In this document: one piece after another, positions 1 through 10,229 of the stretch
How positions within the stretch are numbered: position 1 is the stretch's first letter
Layout of the letters: the number at the start of each line of letters is the position of its first letter
DNA from: Acidobacteriota bacterium
Lineage (GTDB): Bacteria > Acidobacteriota > UBA6911
Reading direction: 5' to 3'
Assembly: GCA_963664705.1 (NCBI GenBank)
Contig: OY761556.1
Coordinates: 384,001-448,000, forward strand
Length of the DNA stretch: 64,000 bases
The notes under the pieces: generated by a model
Told to the model about the DNA's origin: nothing
The model's input: only the letters and a program-made list of their open reading frames with translations
Databases searched by the model: none
Program-made: the position numbers and the translations under genes

Positions 1-153
1 GGACAAGCCGTTTTCTATCAAGCGGGAATCCCGCTGTTTCAATTCTCTAATTATGCCACCTTGCTGTTTTAGCCGGAAATCAAAGGGTGGGGACTGGGCT
101 TGCCGGAATGGTTTTGCTGCGCCTATGATTATGTATTGAGGAGTGATGGTCCT

Positions 154-1731
154 ATGAGCCTGAGCGCTGCGGGAAACTCTGGATGCCACCGATGGTTCCG
201 CTTCGTTTGCACCACTATGTTGCTGGCCGGTCTGATATCAGAAATAGGAGCGGCTCCGCCGGCAGCGAGTCCGCTGAACCCATCAGAAGAATCCGAAAAC
301 ATTGTCGTGGATGCGGCGGCTCCTTCGCACGCCTTCCCACATTTCTGGGAGCAGATATTCGGTTCGGGCCGCGCCGTGCTCAGCCTTCGGGATTCCTATC
401 GAAAGGACTTGCGCAGGGTAAGGGATGTCACCGAAATGCAGTATGTCCGCTGCCACGCGATCTTTCATGATGAAATCGGCATCTACGGCGAGGACGCCGG
501 TGGGAATCCTGTCTACAACTTTACCTACGCGGATCAGATTTATGACGGTTTACTCGAAAATAAAGTCCGGCCTTTTGTCGAACTGAGTTTCATGCCGTCC
601 AAGCTGGCTGCATCCCAAAAAGAGCACCCATTCTGGTACCGTCCGATCGTGGCTCCTCCAAAGAACTGGAACCGATGGGAAGATCTTATCTACCGCTTTG
701 CGAGCCACCTTGTGGAGCGCTATGGGATAGATGAAGTATCCCGGTGGTATTTCGAAGTCTGGAACGAGCCGAACATCGACTTTTGGGCCGGCGAACCTAA
801 AGAACGTACCTATTATGAGCTGTATGACCGGGCTGCCCGGGCCCTGAAGCATGTCAGCCCCAGACTGCGGGTAGGTGGGCCCGCAACTGCGCAGGCTGCC
901 TGGGTGGATCGCTTTATCGACCATTGTGCAACCGGTGCGGTTCCGGTTGATTTTGTCTCTACTCACGCCTATGCCAATGATACCTCTAAAGATATTTTTG
1001 GTACGATGGAGGTGATTCCCCGCAGTGACATGATTGCCCGCGCAGTACAGAAGGTCTACAAACAGGTTAAAGACTCACGAATGCCGTCTCTGCCGATTGT
1101 CTGGAGCGAATTCAACGCCAGCTATATGAATGAAGTCGAGGTCACGGATTCTCCTTACATGGGACCCTGGTTGGCCAACACAATCCGCCAGTGCGACGGA
1201 TTGGTGTCCTCGCTATCTTACTGGACCTTCTCGGACGTTTTCGAGGAACAGGGTGTTGCCAGGAGTCCATTTTATGGCGGCTTCGGCCTGATTGCGCCCG
1301 GCGGGATTTCCAAAGCCTCCTTTAATGTCTTCAAGCTTCTGCATCAACTGGGAACTGAACGCCTGGAGGCTGCTTCCGCATCGGTGATCGTAACGAAGCT
1401 CCCCGACGGTTCGCTGGCTCTCGCGGTCTGGAATTATTCACCCCCGGGAGTACAGGGTAACGACAGACGTATCACCCTGTCCTTTAAAAATCTTGGCGGC
1501 CGCCGGCGCGTACGCATTGGGCTGGTCGACCGGGATCATGGTTCCCCCCTTTCGGCATGGGAGTCGATGGGCAAACCCCCGTTCCCATCGCGTGCGCAGC
1601 AGCAGGCCCTGCTCAAGGCTGCGGAATTGCCGCCTATGGAAGCACGTACTCTGAAAGCAAGGAGTGAAACGGCTTCCACGGAGATCCTTTTGCAAAGCCA
1701 GGGCTTGGCTCTTGTCATTGTCAAAAAATGA
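154..1731 (+). CDS. Glycoside hydrolase family 39 (beta-xylosidase-like), secreted
   Basis: YVRCHAIFHD, RPFVELSFMP, FEVWNEP (acid/base), DFVSTHAY, WSEFN (nucleophile) and YWTFSDVFEE are GH39 motifs. Start moved to ATG 154, which follows GAGGAG. Hydrophobic N-terminus. Confidence 0.9.
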   Translation: MSLSAAGNSGCHRWFRFVCTTMLLAGLISEIGAAPPAASPLNPSEESENIVVDAAAPSHAFPHFWEQIFGSGRAVLSLRDSYRKDLRRVRDVTEMQYVRCHAIFHDEIGIYGEDAGGNPVYNFTYADQIYDGLLENKVRPFVELSFMPSKLAASQKEHPFWYRPIVAPPKNWNRWEDLIYRFASHLVERYGIDEVSRWYFEVWNEPNIDFWAGEPKERTYYELYDRAARALKHVSPRLRVGGPATAQAAWVDRFIDHCATGAVPVDFVSTHAYANDTSKDIFGTMEVIPRSDMIARAVQKVYKQVKDSRMPSLPIVWSEFNASYMNEVEVTDSPYMGPWLANTIRQCDGLVSSLSYWTFSDVFEEQGVARSPFYGGFGLIAPGGISKASFNVFKLLHQLGTERLEAASASVIVTKLPDGSLALAVWNYSPPGVQGNDRRITLSFKNLGGRRRVRIGLVDRDHGSPLSAWESMGKPPFPSRAQQQALLKAAELPPMEARTLKARSETASTEILLQSQGLALVIVKK

Positions 1732-1801
1732 ATGGAGGGCCGACGCATCGCCGGCAGGGACCGCAGTGGAGGAATCCGTCCTTAAAAAGAAGCCTGCGCA
1801 A

Positions 1802-3136
1802 ATGGTCATATGGTTGCGCCCTGCAGTTTACGCTGCAGGAGTGATTGTTCTATTCGCATGCATGACCATGACGACGGCACTGCGCCTCTCTGTCAGCGCG
1901 GTGCCGATGGATGCAGCCGCGAAGCCAAACGAATTGACTGCGCAGGATAGGTTGCTGCTTGAGGATCTGAGCTCAAGGCTGTTCCGTTTTTTCAATGAAC
2001 ATACCAACCGCAGGACCGGTCTTGTCGACGACCGCGCGCGTGCTGACGGTTCACGGGCATGGCCTCCCGTCTTTGCGAGCATGGCTGCAACCGGATTCGG
2101 ATTGACCGCACTGTCGATCGCGCCGGATCGCGGCTGGCTGACTGCTGAACAGGCGCGCGAACGGCTACGGCTTTATCTCCGGTTTCTTGCAGATAAAGCG
2201 CCGCATGAGCGCGGCTGGTTCTATCACTTCGTATATCCGGAAAGTGGGAAGCGATACGGTTCCTCAGAAATATCATCCATCGATACGGCTTTGCTGCTTT
2301 GCGGTGTGCTGGAGGCACGCTATCGATTTGCGGACGATGCAGAGATAGTGCAGCTTGCCGACAGAATCTGCGAGCGGGTAGATTATCCATGGATGCTGAA
2401 TGGGGATCCGTTTCTTTTATCTCACGGCTGGAAGCCGGAAAGCGGCTTTATCAAATATCGCTGGGATACCTACTCCGAGGACACCGTTCTTTATCTTTTG
2501 GCCATTGGTTCGAAGACCCGGCCGATTCCGGCCGAATCCTGGTATGCATGGAAGCGCACTGCGGTTACCTATGATGCCTACACCTACATTTCGGGCGGAT
2601 CCCTTTTCACGCATCAATACTCGCACGCCTGGGTCGATTATCGAAACAGGAGAGAAATTCATCCACCCTATACCGATTATTTTGAGAACTCCATCGCGGC
2701 AACGCGCGCGCATAGGGCCTTCTGTATGGATCTCTCGGGCAAATTCCCCGGGTATTCCTCCAATGTCTGGGGGATTACTGCTTCCGACAGTGTCAAAGGA
2801 TACCTGGGATGGGGCGGCCCACCGGTTGATCCGTCGATTGACGGTACCGTCGTTCCTTCGGCAGCCGGAGGCTCGCTCATGTTTACTCCGGATATCTGCC
2901 TGTCGGCGCTGCGGACCATGCAAGACAATTATGGGAAGCGGATCTACGGACGTTATGGGTTTGTGGATGCCTTCAATCCAAACACCGGATGGATAGACTC
3001 CGATGTGGTTGGCATCGATGTGGGGATTACCCTGCTGAGCGCAGTGAACCTCATGGATGGCGGCGTGTGGCGCTGGTTCATGCGCAATCCTGAGATCTCA
3101 CATACGATGGATAGAGTCGGATTGGTAAAACGGTAA
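1802..3136 (+). CDS. GH144 / glucoamylase-like (alpha/alpha)6 hydrolase, putative endo-beta-1,2-glucanase
   Basis: ASMAATGFGL, GWFYHF, EISSIDTALL, LFTHQYSHAW, WGITASD, YGFVDAFN and GIDVG motifs. N-terminal hydrophobic segment. Start uncertain (1802 chosen). Confidence 0.8.
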   Translation: MVIWLRPAVYAAGVIVLFACMTMTTALRLSVSAVPMDAAAKPNELTAQDRLLLEDLSSRLFRFFNEHTNRRTGLVDDRARADGSRAWPPVFASMAATGFGLTALSIAPDRGWLTAEQARERLRLYLRFLADKAPHERGWFYHFVYPESGKRYGSSEISSIDTALLLCGVLEARYRFADDAEIVQLADRICERVDYPWMLNGDPFLLSHGWKPESGFIKYRWDTYSEDTVLYLLAIGSKTRPIPAESWYAWKRTAVTYDAYTYISGGSLFTHQYSHAWVDYRNRREIHPPYTDYFENSIAATRAHRAFCMDLSGKFPGYSSNVWGITASDSVKGYLGWGGPPVDPSIDGTVVPSAAGGSLMFTPDICLSALRTMQDNYGKRIYGRYGFVDAFNPNTGWIDSDVVGIDVGITLLSAVNLMDGGVWRWFMRNPEISHTMDRVGLVKR

Positions 3137-3142
3137 TCCACT

Positions 3143-3203
3143 GGGAGCGCCGGGCGTCTCGGCTAACGTGCATATTAGCGCGAATGGGAGCCGCGGCGCT
3201 CCC
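3143..3203. repeat. REP-like inverted repeat between convergent genes
   Basis: GGGAGCGCCG (3143-3152) and CGGCGCTCCC (3194-3203) are perfect reverse complements. Confidence 0.6.
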
Positions 3204-3209
3204 TCCTGC

Positions 3210-6200
3210 CTAAAAACTCAGCCTTGCCTGCAGTTCCACGACGCGGCCGGCGAGCCCCGCATCAGCTTGACCAAACGTGGCCCGGTCAGCGTGCGTTGCA
3301 TTGCTGTCGAACTGGAACGGCTGCAGGTTCAGCTTGTTGAATATATTGAAGAAATTTGCCCGGATGTTGATCTTTGCCGGTTCTTTCATATATCTCAATC
3401 CCGACAATTCGAATGTCTTTCCGAGTGTCATGTCGACTGAAAAGTAACGCGGCCCACGGAAGGAATTGCGACCGATTCCGGGCTGTCCCGATTGGGTAAA
3501 ATCGAAGTAGACGGCGCCTCCTCCGGGGAAATTGCCTCCGGGCCGCGTGAACGCATCGGTACCACTATCGTTAAGCGGTTGGGCAATCTGAGCAATGGGT
3601 CGCGTTGGGGCAAGTGACGGTCCACCTGGAGTGCTGACCGCGACGCCGGTGACGGGCGTCCATGGAAAGCCTGAGTGCGCGGTCAGGATGCTGGAGATTT
3701 GCCAGCCTCCGGCCATCTTTCCAATCCAGTCCTTCCTGGCCCGCAATAGCGGCAGGTCCCATACACCCGACCATGTCAAATAGTGCCTGGCGTCGAAATC
3801 CGACGGTCCGCGCTCGCTGGCCAGATCCTGTGGGTAGGTCTGATTCCCGCACGCGCAGGGGCTGTCGCCGTACGACAGGGTGTCGATACTTTTGCTCCAG
3901 CGATAACGAAGCTCGGTCTGGAAGCCTCGCCCGAATCGGTGCGTCAGACGCGTGGTCATCGCATTGAAGTTGGCATTGACATCATCCATGGGGAGGTAGA
4001 CCGCAAAGAAACTGGGATTGTTTTGGTAAAGAAAGTTCTGGTTTACGATGCGCGCGAAATGATGCCCGGAGCTTCCCTCATAACCCAGCGCGGCCACCCA
4101 CTGGTCCGGCAGTTCATATTCAACGCCGAACGAATATTCATAGACGTATGGCGTTCTCAGATTGGGCTGGGCTCCATAGATCTCGACCGCCGTATCGAAG
4201 CTGCAACCGGCATTTCCGCAAATGCCCCCAGTCACCGGATCAATCCCGTAGGCGAGGGCCTGATTTACCGGAAAACTCAGCGGCGAATTGTTTGTGCCAA
4301 GCGCGTACTGGATCACGCCATTGGCGAATGGTGTTCCGAACCATGTGGGTGCCGTGCCACAGCAGATATTGTTGCGCGCGAAGTATGGAGGGTTCCCGCG
4401 CACGTTGCCAATGCCGTTGTTGGGAATTCGGTTATAGAAAATGCCGAATCCGCCCCGGACGACCAGCCTGTCCGAAAAGGATTTTGGACTATAGGCGAAT
4501 CCGATGCGAGGCGCAAAGTCGGTGAAGATCTTGTCATAAAGATCGCTCACAGGCCGAACAACCGCGTTCCGCAAGTCTCCAGGCGAGGGGAAGAGGATAT
4601 TGCTAAGCTGGCCTTTATCTTCCGCCAGCGGGGAAAAGTACTCCCAGCGTAGGCCGAGATTCAAAGTCAGGTTCGGGTGGACTTTCCAGTCGTCCTGCGC
4701 GAAGAGAGCCCAGTTGCTCGTACGGAAATATTTCTGAGCATCTCCAGGGAAACCGGTTCTCGGGTCCGTGTTAACGCCCTCAAAGATCGGAGTATCGTTG
4801 GCCAGGTTCCAGAAACCGGAGAAGGAATAAACCGGGCGGGCTCCGCCGAGCAGATTGCTGTTGTCCTGCTCCTTGCGGATTTCGATCCCGAACTTGGTTC
4901 CGTGAGGACCCAATACCTTATTCAGCGTGTCGCGAAATTCGATGGTGTTTTGAGCAAAAATGGCCGGCGTGGCTTCGCTGCGTGTTGCGCCGAATTTGAT
5001 ACGACTGAAAGGATAGAACTCGACGTCGATCTCCGGAACGCCGAAGTTGGTGGTAGCGGCATCCGAAACCTGGTTGTCGGAAAACCGCGTAAAGTTGATA
5101 CGCGCCTGGTTCAGCATCGTGGAACTTATTGTGTGATTCCATTCTGCTGTGATGGCTGTGTTGATTGGTTTGAATGCAACGTCGGCAATAGGGCGACTGT
5201 CGGCTCCGGAATCAGCTCCGAACGTATCGAGCGCAGAAACATAGGAACTTGCCATGAACGTATCGTTGCCATGCTGGAAATCCACCCTGCCATTGAACTG
5301 GTCTCCTCTTTTTCTGCTGGGGACCGCAAGAATTACCTGCTGCAGGTCGGGCACTCCGTCAAAACCGCCGCCTGTATAGTGACCATCCGGCTGGTTGGGC
5401 GGATTCGGGTTGACATATGTGCCGAGAGATCCCGTGATGGATCCGATGTCGAGACCCCCGCTGACAGCCTGGCAAGTATTGGCGGGGAAAATACTGCAGG
5501 ATGGCGTGACCACCTGAACAACCCGCGGATCGAGGCCCGGCATCTGAAATACTCTGGCTGTGATTCCCGTGGGGCGGGCTGCAATCACAGCCTGGCGAAA
5601 TTGCGGAGTCTCTATATAGGTAGGGGTGGAATAGTTGGTGCTTTGATTTCTCAGCCCCTCATAGGAAAAGAAGAAAAACAGCTTGTCCTTCAGAATCGGC
5701 CCACCGACACTTCCTCCGAAGTTTCTGAAAGCATTTTCCACGCGTTGAGGGGAAGTCCCATTGGGACCCCCGTACTTGTTGAACGCGTTCAGGCCGGGCT
5801 GGTTATATTTAAAAAAGCCGCTTCCATGGAATTGGTTGGTTCCGTTCTTCGAGATTACCTGGACCTGGGCGCCGGAATTTCGCCCGTACTGGGCGTCGAA
5901 TGCGGTGGACGTAACCTTGATTTCCTTGACCGATTCCTGATTCGGGGTCACCACGGCAGCCCCGCCATACCCAAGACTGTTGACGCTTACTCCGTCAATC
6001 AGGAAATTGTTGTCGCTGACCCGTTGCCCATTCGCCGAAATCTGCGGCTGATTTTCAGTTTGGAATACCGAGGTATTGGATCCTCCCGGTCCGGGCAGAT
6101 TTCCCAACGATACCGCATTGCCATTCCCGGCACGAGAACCACTGCCAAATACGCCGGGAGACAGGCGCAGGATTTCGTAGGGATCTCTTCCCACCTGGGG

Positions 6201-6650
6201 AAGAGACTCGACCTGTTGCGTGCTGAGCGTTGATGACAATTCCGCATTCTCGGTCTGGAGGGCCGGCGCTGTTTCTCCGTAAACTGTGACGGTATTGGTA
6301 ATGTCACCCGGCGCAAGTTTAAAGTTAATGCCGCTGGGGCTCTCGGCCCTGATGACAACGCTTTCCAGCACCGCCTTCTTGAATCCGGTCAGCGATGCGC
6401 TGACCGCATATGCGCCCGGTGCCAATCCCTGGATCCGGTAAAAACCGGAATCCTCCGTAAGGGTGGTATACACCTTGTTTGTTTCTTTGCTGGTTGCGGT
6501 AACAGTAGCGCCCGGGAGGACCCCTCCGGTTATATCCGATACCGTACCTTGGATAGAGGCTCTGAACTGTGCATTAGCGGCAGGAGTCGCTAAAAGCAAG
6601 CTTAGGGCACACAGCAGAATGCCCCAAAGACAACCACTTTGCTTTAACAT
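3210..6650 (-). CDS. TonB-dependent transporter, acidobacterial type (carboxypeptidase-regulatory-like N-domain, plug, barrel)
   Basis: Signal peptide MLKQSG...ANAQ, then IQGTVSD..GGVLPGATV, NNFLIDGV, AQYGRNSG, FAQDDWKVHPNLTLNLGLRWEY and C-terminal QARLSF. The 80-aa ORF extension to 6890 is not credible. Confidence 0.92.
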   Translation of the reverse strand: MLKQSGCLWGILLCALSLLLATPAANAQFRASIQGTVSDITGGVLPGATVTATSKETNKVYTTLTEDSGFYRIQGLAPGAYAVSASLTGFKKAVLESVVIRAESPSGINFKLAPGDITNTVTVYGETAPALQTENAELSSTLSTQQVESLPQVGRDPYEILRLSPGVFGSGSRAGNGNAVSLGNLPGPGGSNTSVFQTENQPQISANGQRVSDNNFLIDGVSVNSLGYGGAAVVTPNQESVKEIKVTSTAFDAQYGRNSGAQVQVISKNGTNQFHGSGFFKYNQPGLNAFNKYGGPNGTSPQRVENAFRNFGGSVGGPILKDKLFFFFSYEGLRNQSTNYSTPTYIETPQFRQAVIAARPTGITARVFQMPGLDPRVVQVVTPSCSIFPANTCQAVSGGLDIGSITGSLGTYVNPNPPNQPDGHYTGGGFDGVPDLQQVILAVPSRKRGDQFNGRVDFQHGNDTFMASSYVSALDTFGADSGADSRPIADVAFKPINTAITAEWNHTISSTMLNQARINFTRFSDNQVSDAATTNFGVPEIDVEFYPFSRIKFGATRSEATPAIFAQNTIEFRDTLNKVLGPHGTKFGIEIRKEQDNSNLLGGARPVYSFSGFWNLANDTPIFEGVNTDPRTGFPGDAQKYFRTSNWALFAQDDWKVHPNLTLNLGLRWEYFSPLAEDKGQLSNILFPSPGDLRNAVVRPVSDLYDKIFTDFAPRIGFAYSPKSFSDRLVVRGGFGIFYNRIPNNGIGNVRGNPPYFARNNICCGTAPTWFGTPFANGVIQYALGTNNSPLSFPVNQALAYGIDPVTGGICGNAGCSFDTAVEIYGAQPNLRTPYVYEYSFGVEYELPDQWVAALGYEGSSGHHFARIVNQNFLYQNNPSFFAVYLPMDDVNANFNAMTTRLTHRFGRGFQTELRYRWSKSIDTLSYGDSPCACGNQTYPQDLASERGPSDFDARHYLTWSGVWDLPLLRARKDWIGKMAGGWQISSILTAHSGFPWTPVTGVAVSTPGGPSLAPTRPIAQIAQPLNDSGTDAFTRPGGNFPGGGAVYFDFTQSGQPGIGRNSFRGPRYFSVDMTLGKTFELSGLRYMKEPAKINIRANFFNIFNKLNLQPFQFDSNATHADRATFGQADAGLAGRVVELQARLSF

Positions 6651-6838
6651 AACGCTTCCTTCGAGAGGTTCTCTTGCTATGCGGGGGGGCTGATTTTTTA
6701 GCCCACAATCAGGCAGCTCATTTGGGGGGGGAATTACTAATAGGATAGATGAAGGTTGTCTTCCAGGCAAGCGCTGGCATTCCCTGCCAGGGAAGCCGGC
6801 GCTCAAAAACGGAGGATGTCGTGATTCCCGGAGGCGTT

Positions 6839-7684
6839 CTATGCGAGGTTTTGTTTGGCCTGATCGATGGATTGCAGAATTGAGGAGCATCGACCCTGCA
6901 ATTCCTCCCAGGTTAATCCTACTGCGGGCAGCATGGTCAGAACTTCTTCACAGGCATGCTCTTCCTCAAGGGCAAGACACTCTTTCAGACTGTCGGACTT
7001 CTGTGCCAGCGCATGACTGAGCCTCAAAATTCCTATGATCGACGGATCTCCCTTGTATAGTTCAGGCTCATGGTGCGCGCGGACGAGATCTACTATCTCC
7101 TTTTCGAATTTCCAGCTTTCGAGCAGGCGGGCTCCTACATCCACGTGATCCACCTCGAAACTGGTTCTCTCCTCTTCCACCGGGGGGAAAGGGCTCGACT
7201 TTGTAAGCGCTTCATATTCTTTCTCGAAATGCTGGGCAAGAACCAGGTGCCCGACATTTTGAACCATGGCTGCGAGGAGGAGTGCATCCCTTTTTTCGCG
7301 CGGCTTGCTGACCGCGAGAACATTGGCGATTCCAACTGTCGCGAGAGCATGGGCCCACACATCCTGCAGATAGGTTCTCGTCACGCGAGGCAACTGGTTA
7401 AATGTATTGATCAGGATCAACCCGGAAGCCATGCTTCTGACTGCCGTATATCCCAGGAGCACGACAGCCTGTCGAATCGACGAAACCTTTCGGAGCAGGC
7501 CATAGGCTGCCGAGTTCACAGTCCGGAGCAGATGCGTGACCAGCCCCGGCTCGGCCATGATTTTTTCTTCCAGCGCACGGCCGGTACTCGCCGGATCACT
7601 CGTAAGAGCCAAGATCGACTGGAGAATGTGAGGAATTGAAGGAATGGACGCTCCCTCGACAATCCTTTGCGCTTTGTCGGCCAT
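6839..7684 (-). CDS. HDOD domain signal-transduction protein
   Basis: IPSIP, EPGLVTHLLRTVNSAAYG, VSSIRQAVVLLG, AAMVQNVGHL, DHVDVGARLLESWKF and HHEP follow the HDOD pattern. Confidence 0.88.
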   Translation of the reverse strand: MADKAQRIVEGASIPSIPHILQSILALTSDPASTGRALEEKIMAEPGLVTHLLRTVNSAAYGLLRKVSSIRQAVVLLGYTAVRSMASGLILINTFNQLPRVTRTYLQDVWAHALATVGIANVLAVSKPREKRDALLLAAMVQNVGHLVLAQHFEKEYEALTKSSPFPPVEEERTSFEVDHVDVGARLLESWKFEKEIVDLVRAHHEPELYKGDPSIIGILRLSHALAQKSDSLKECLALEEEHACEEVLTMLPAVGLTWEELQGRCSSILQSIDQAKQNLA

Positions 7685-8112
7685 TATGATTTGTGCTTGA
7701 GCTGGATGGTTTCCGTCATGACTTTCTCCCAGCGACCTATGTGCCGGTATGCGGTTTCGATCACTTCGTCCAGTTCAGCCAGATCCTTAAAAGGCTTCAG
7801 TATATAATCCGCGGCACCATGGAATCGGCTGTTGGCCACTTTCATCAGACTTGTGTATGCCGTAATCATGATGACAACGATATCGCCATGGATTTTCTTG
7901 ATAGCTTCCAGAAGCTCAATGCCATCCATCTGAGGCATATTGATATCCGTCAATACGATATGGACTTTTGCCAACCGGATCTTTTCCAGTGCGCTTGCAG
8001 CTGTGCTTGCAACGTCCACGCCATATCCGTCCAATTCCAGGTGGGTTTTCAGCGATGAGAGAATATCCTCCTCATCGTCAACCACGAGAATACGCACTTC
8101 ATTCTTTTCCAT
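7684..8112 (-). CDS. Single-domain response regulator (receiver)
   Basis: ILVVDDE, LTDINMPQMDG, MITAY and GAADYILKPF. No output domain. Confidence 0.92.
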   Translation of the reverse strand: MEKNEVRILVVDDEEDILSSLKTHLELDGYGVDVASTAASALEKIRLAKVHIVLTDINMPQMDGIELLEAIKKIHGDIVVIMITAYTSLMKVANSRFHGAADYILKPFKDLAELDEVIETAYRHIGRWEKVMTETIQLKHKS

Positions 8113-8908
8113 CGGATCCTCCTCCCTTTGGGAGCTTAATGATTACATCCGTTCCTCGGCCCTCTTCGCTTTCCAGATGCACGGATCCTCCGTGCCGGCC
8201 AATGATGGATCGGCATAATGGAAGCCCCAGCCCATCTCCGGCCCCTTGAGGCTTCGTCGTAAAATACGGGTCAAAGACCTTGGCCAGAGTTTCCTGACTC
8301 ATTCCGGTTCCGTTGTCTGTGACACGCAAAACGACCTGCCGATTTTCTGCTTTGAGCGAAATCTCCAGCCTTCCGCTGGTTGAATCCTCTTCACCGTATC
8401 TTTGCACGATTGCATCGCGGGCATTGGTCAGCAGCGTGGATACGGCCTGTTCCAGTTGCAGGCGATGCCCGAGCACGCTGAAGTCGCCTGTTTCTTCAAA
8501 CAACAAGCTTACCTTGACCGTACCCGCCATGAGAAATTCGTGGACATGCAGCATATCCCGCGTGACATCCAGCATCGAAACCGCAGATTCGCTTTGCAGG
8601 GAATCCGCCGTGCATTGCTTCAGTTTGTCTGCAATGGCAATGATCCGAATGGTCGCATCGAGAATGCTCTCGAGGTGCTGGCTGAATTTGGACCGCAACT
8701 CGGGGAGGGAATAGGGCCCAAACTTGGCTGTGGCATGCTGCTGCTCGTATTCATCCAGGCAGGGCTGAAGCAGCTTGAACATTTTCTTCAGATTTTGAGC
8801 GTTGACGCGGACAAAAGTGTTGGGATTGTTCAATTCATGAGCAATTGCCAACACGATCCGTTCAATGGCCCCCTGATCAATTCTTTCTACCATGAGCGGA
8901 TTTGCCAT
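8099..8908 (-). CDS. Cytoplasmic histidine kinase lacking a sensor domain (HisKA + HATPase)
   Basis: IAHELNNP H-box at residue ~24, LLTNARDA, DNGTGM, FDPYFTTK and GDGLGL. CAGGAG RBS and an in-frame stop lie just upstream of the ATG. Confidence 0.88.
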   Translation of the reverse strand: MANPLMVERIDQGAIERIVLAIAHELNNPNTFVRVNAQNLKKMFKLLQPCLDEYEQQHATAKFGPYSLPELRSKFSQHLESILDATIRIIAIADKLKQCTADSLQSESAVSMLDVTRDMLHVHEFLMAGTVKVSLLFEETGDFSVLGHRLQLEQAVSTLLTNARDAIVQRYGEEDSTSGRLEISLKAENRQVVLRVTDNGTGMSQETLAKVFDPYFTTKPQGAGDGLGLPLCRSIIGRHGGSVHLESEEGRGTDVIIKLPKGGGSDGKE

Positions 8909-9155
8909 GCGTCAAAATCTCCTGGGTTCGCGGGGCGGCAGTTATTGCAGCCAGTCATCAAGCCTTGTCAGGGCTTCTAAAATGCTCTTATCGGCACCTT
9001 CCACCGGGATCGCAAGCGAAAAGGATCGTCGAGAACAGCAAAATTCTGCGGACTTGCGAAATCTCCGTAGATCCTCATCTTAGCCATCAATTCCCCGGAG
9101 GGCTTTTTCAGATTAGTGTTTGTCCCGCGGCGCGAGTTTGATAATTTGAAGCCTG

Positions 9156-10211
9156 ATGAAGGATACATGCTGCCGAACAGGTCTTGATCCGAGAGACCAG
9201 AGTCCTGCCGATTTCCTGCACAAAGCTGGGAAACTATCGCTTCAGGAGAAGAATGCGCGTCGTTGGCTCGCTACTGTAATTGGAAAAGGCGAGTACCGCC
9301 TGGCTGAATGGGGACGCAAAGGCATTCTGCCCCGGCATCTGCTGGATAGTCTTCCTGAACTGCCGCAATTGCATCTTGAAAAGCGGCTCGTTTCCGAAAT
9401 GTCGCGATTTCAGAAACTGGCCTTTCGTACTGCAGATGACCTGCTGGTGGAATCCGTCATCATCCCGCTGCATCGGCCCGGGGCGTTTTCCATCTGTCTT
9501 TCTTCTCAGATTGGTTGCGCGCTGCGTTGTGCATTTTGTGCTACCGGGCGAATGCAAGCTCAGCGCGACCTGGAGACCTGGGAGATTATCGATCAGTTCA
9601 TCCAGGCAAGAGGGATTGTGCGGGCCGGCGGCGGGCAGGTCACGGGCGCGGTTTTTATGGGAATGGGAGAGCCTTTCCTGAACTATGATCGCGTAATGGC
9701 AGCTGCGGAGTTGCTGAGTTACCCCGTTGAGTCGGCGATCAGTGCGAAGGCGATCACCATCAGCACCGTGGGGATTGTTCCGGCCATGCTGAGATTTGCC
9801 TCCGAAAATCACCACTTTCGGCTTTCCGTCAGCCTGGGAGCCGCGATAGATGAAAAACGCAAACTTCTGATGCCGCTGGCAGGCAGGACTTCCATCGATG
9901 AAGTAATGGAGGCGGCAAGGCACTACGCGCACGCGCGCCGCACGCGCGTGATGCTGTCCTATGTTTGCGTGAGCGGACTGAACGTTTTGGAAGAAGATGC
10001 CCGGGCTTTGGGCCGGGTTATCGGTGATACCCCAGTTCGACTGGATTTGATTGATGTGGATGATCCAACCGGTCGTTTTGTCCCTCCGAACGACTCGGAA
10101 TTGAGTGCATTCCGCGATGCTTTGCGCCGCCACGTGGGGCAGCCCGTTGTACGAAGATATTCGGGCGGCTCGGATATCAGGGCATCGTGCGGTGCCCTGG
10201 GGGCCGGCTAG
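9156..10211 (+). CDS. RlmN/Cfr-family radical SAM RNA methyltransferase-like protein
   Basis: ICLSSQIGCALRCAFCATG (CxxxCxxC plus upstream Cys), FMGMGEP, ITISTVG and DIRASCGAL (methyl-carrier Cys). Confidence 0.88.
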   Translation: MKDTCCRTGLDPRDQSPADFLHKAGKLSLQEKNARRWLATVIGKGEYRLAEWGRKGILPRHLLDSLPELPQLHLEKRLVSEMSRFQKLAFRTADDLLVESVIIPLHRPGAFSICLSSQIGCALRCAFCATGRMQAQRDLETWEIIDQFIQARGIVRAGGGQVTGAVFMGMGEPFLNYDRVMAAAELLSYPVESAISAKAITISTVGIVPAMLRFASENHHFRLSVSLGAAIDEKRKLLMPLAGRTSIDEVMEAARHYAHARRTRVMLSYVCVSGLNVLEEDARALGRVIGDTPVRLDLIDVDDPTGRFVPPNDSELSAFRDALRRHVGQPVVRRYSGGSDIRASCGALGAG

Positions 10212-10229
10212 CCGAAGGCGGCTTCCGGA

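Noticed and set aside
3783-6233. Long plus-strand ORFs (289 aa and 518 aa)
   Set aside because: Antisense shadows of the TBDT gene; no motifs, typical of GC-rich coding DNA.
6775-6800. CCCTGGC on the minus strand upstream of the first TBDT, matching the leader-motif loop
   Set aside because: It lacks the TTCGA/TCGAA stem; a 7-mer match is expected by chance.
6651-6890. 80-aa N-terminal extension of the TBDT ORF
   Set aside because: It overlaps the HDOD gene and precedes a clear signal peptide starting at 6650.
9156-10211. Calling the radical SAM gene cfr (antibiotic resistance)
   Set aside because: RlmN and Cfr share the visible motifs; C2 versus C8 specificity cannot be read by eye.
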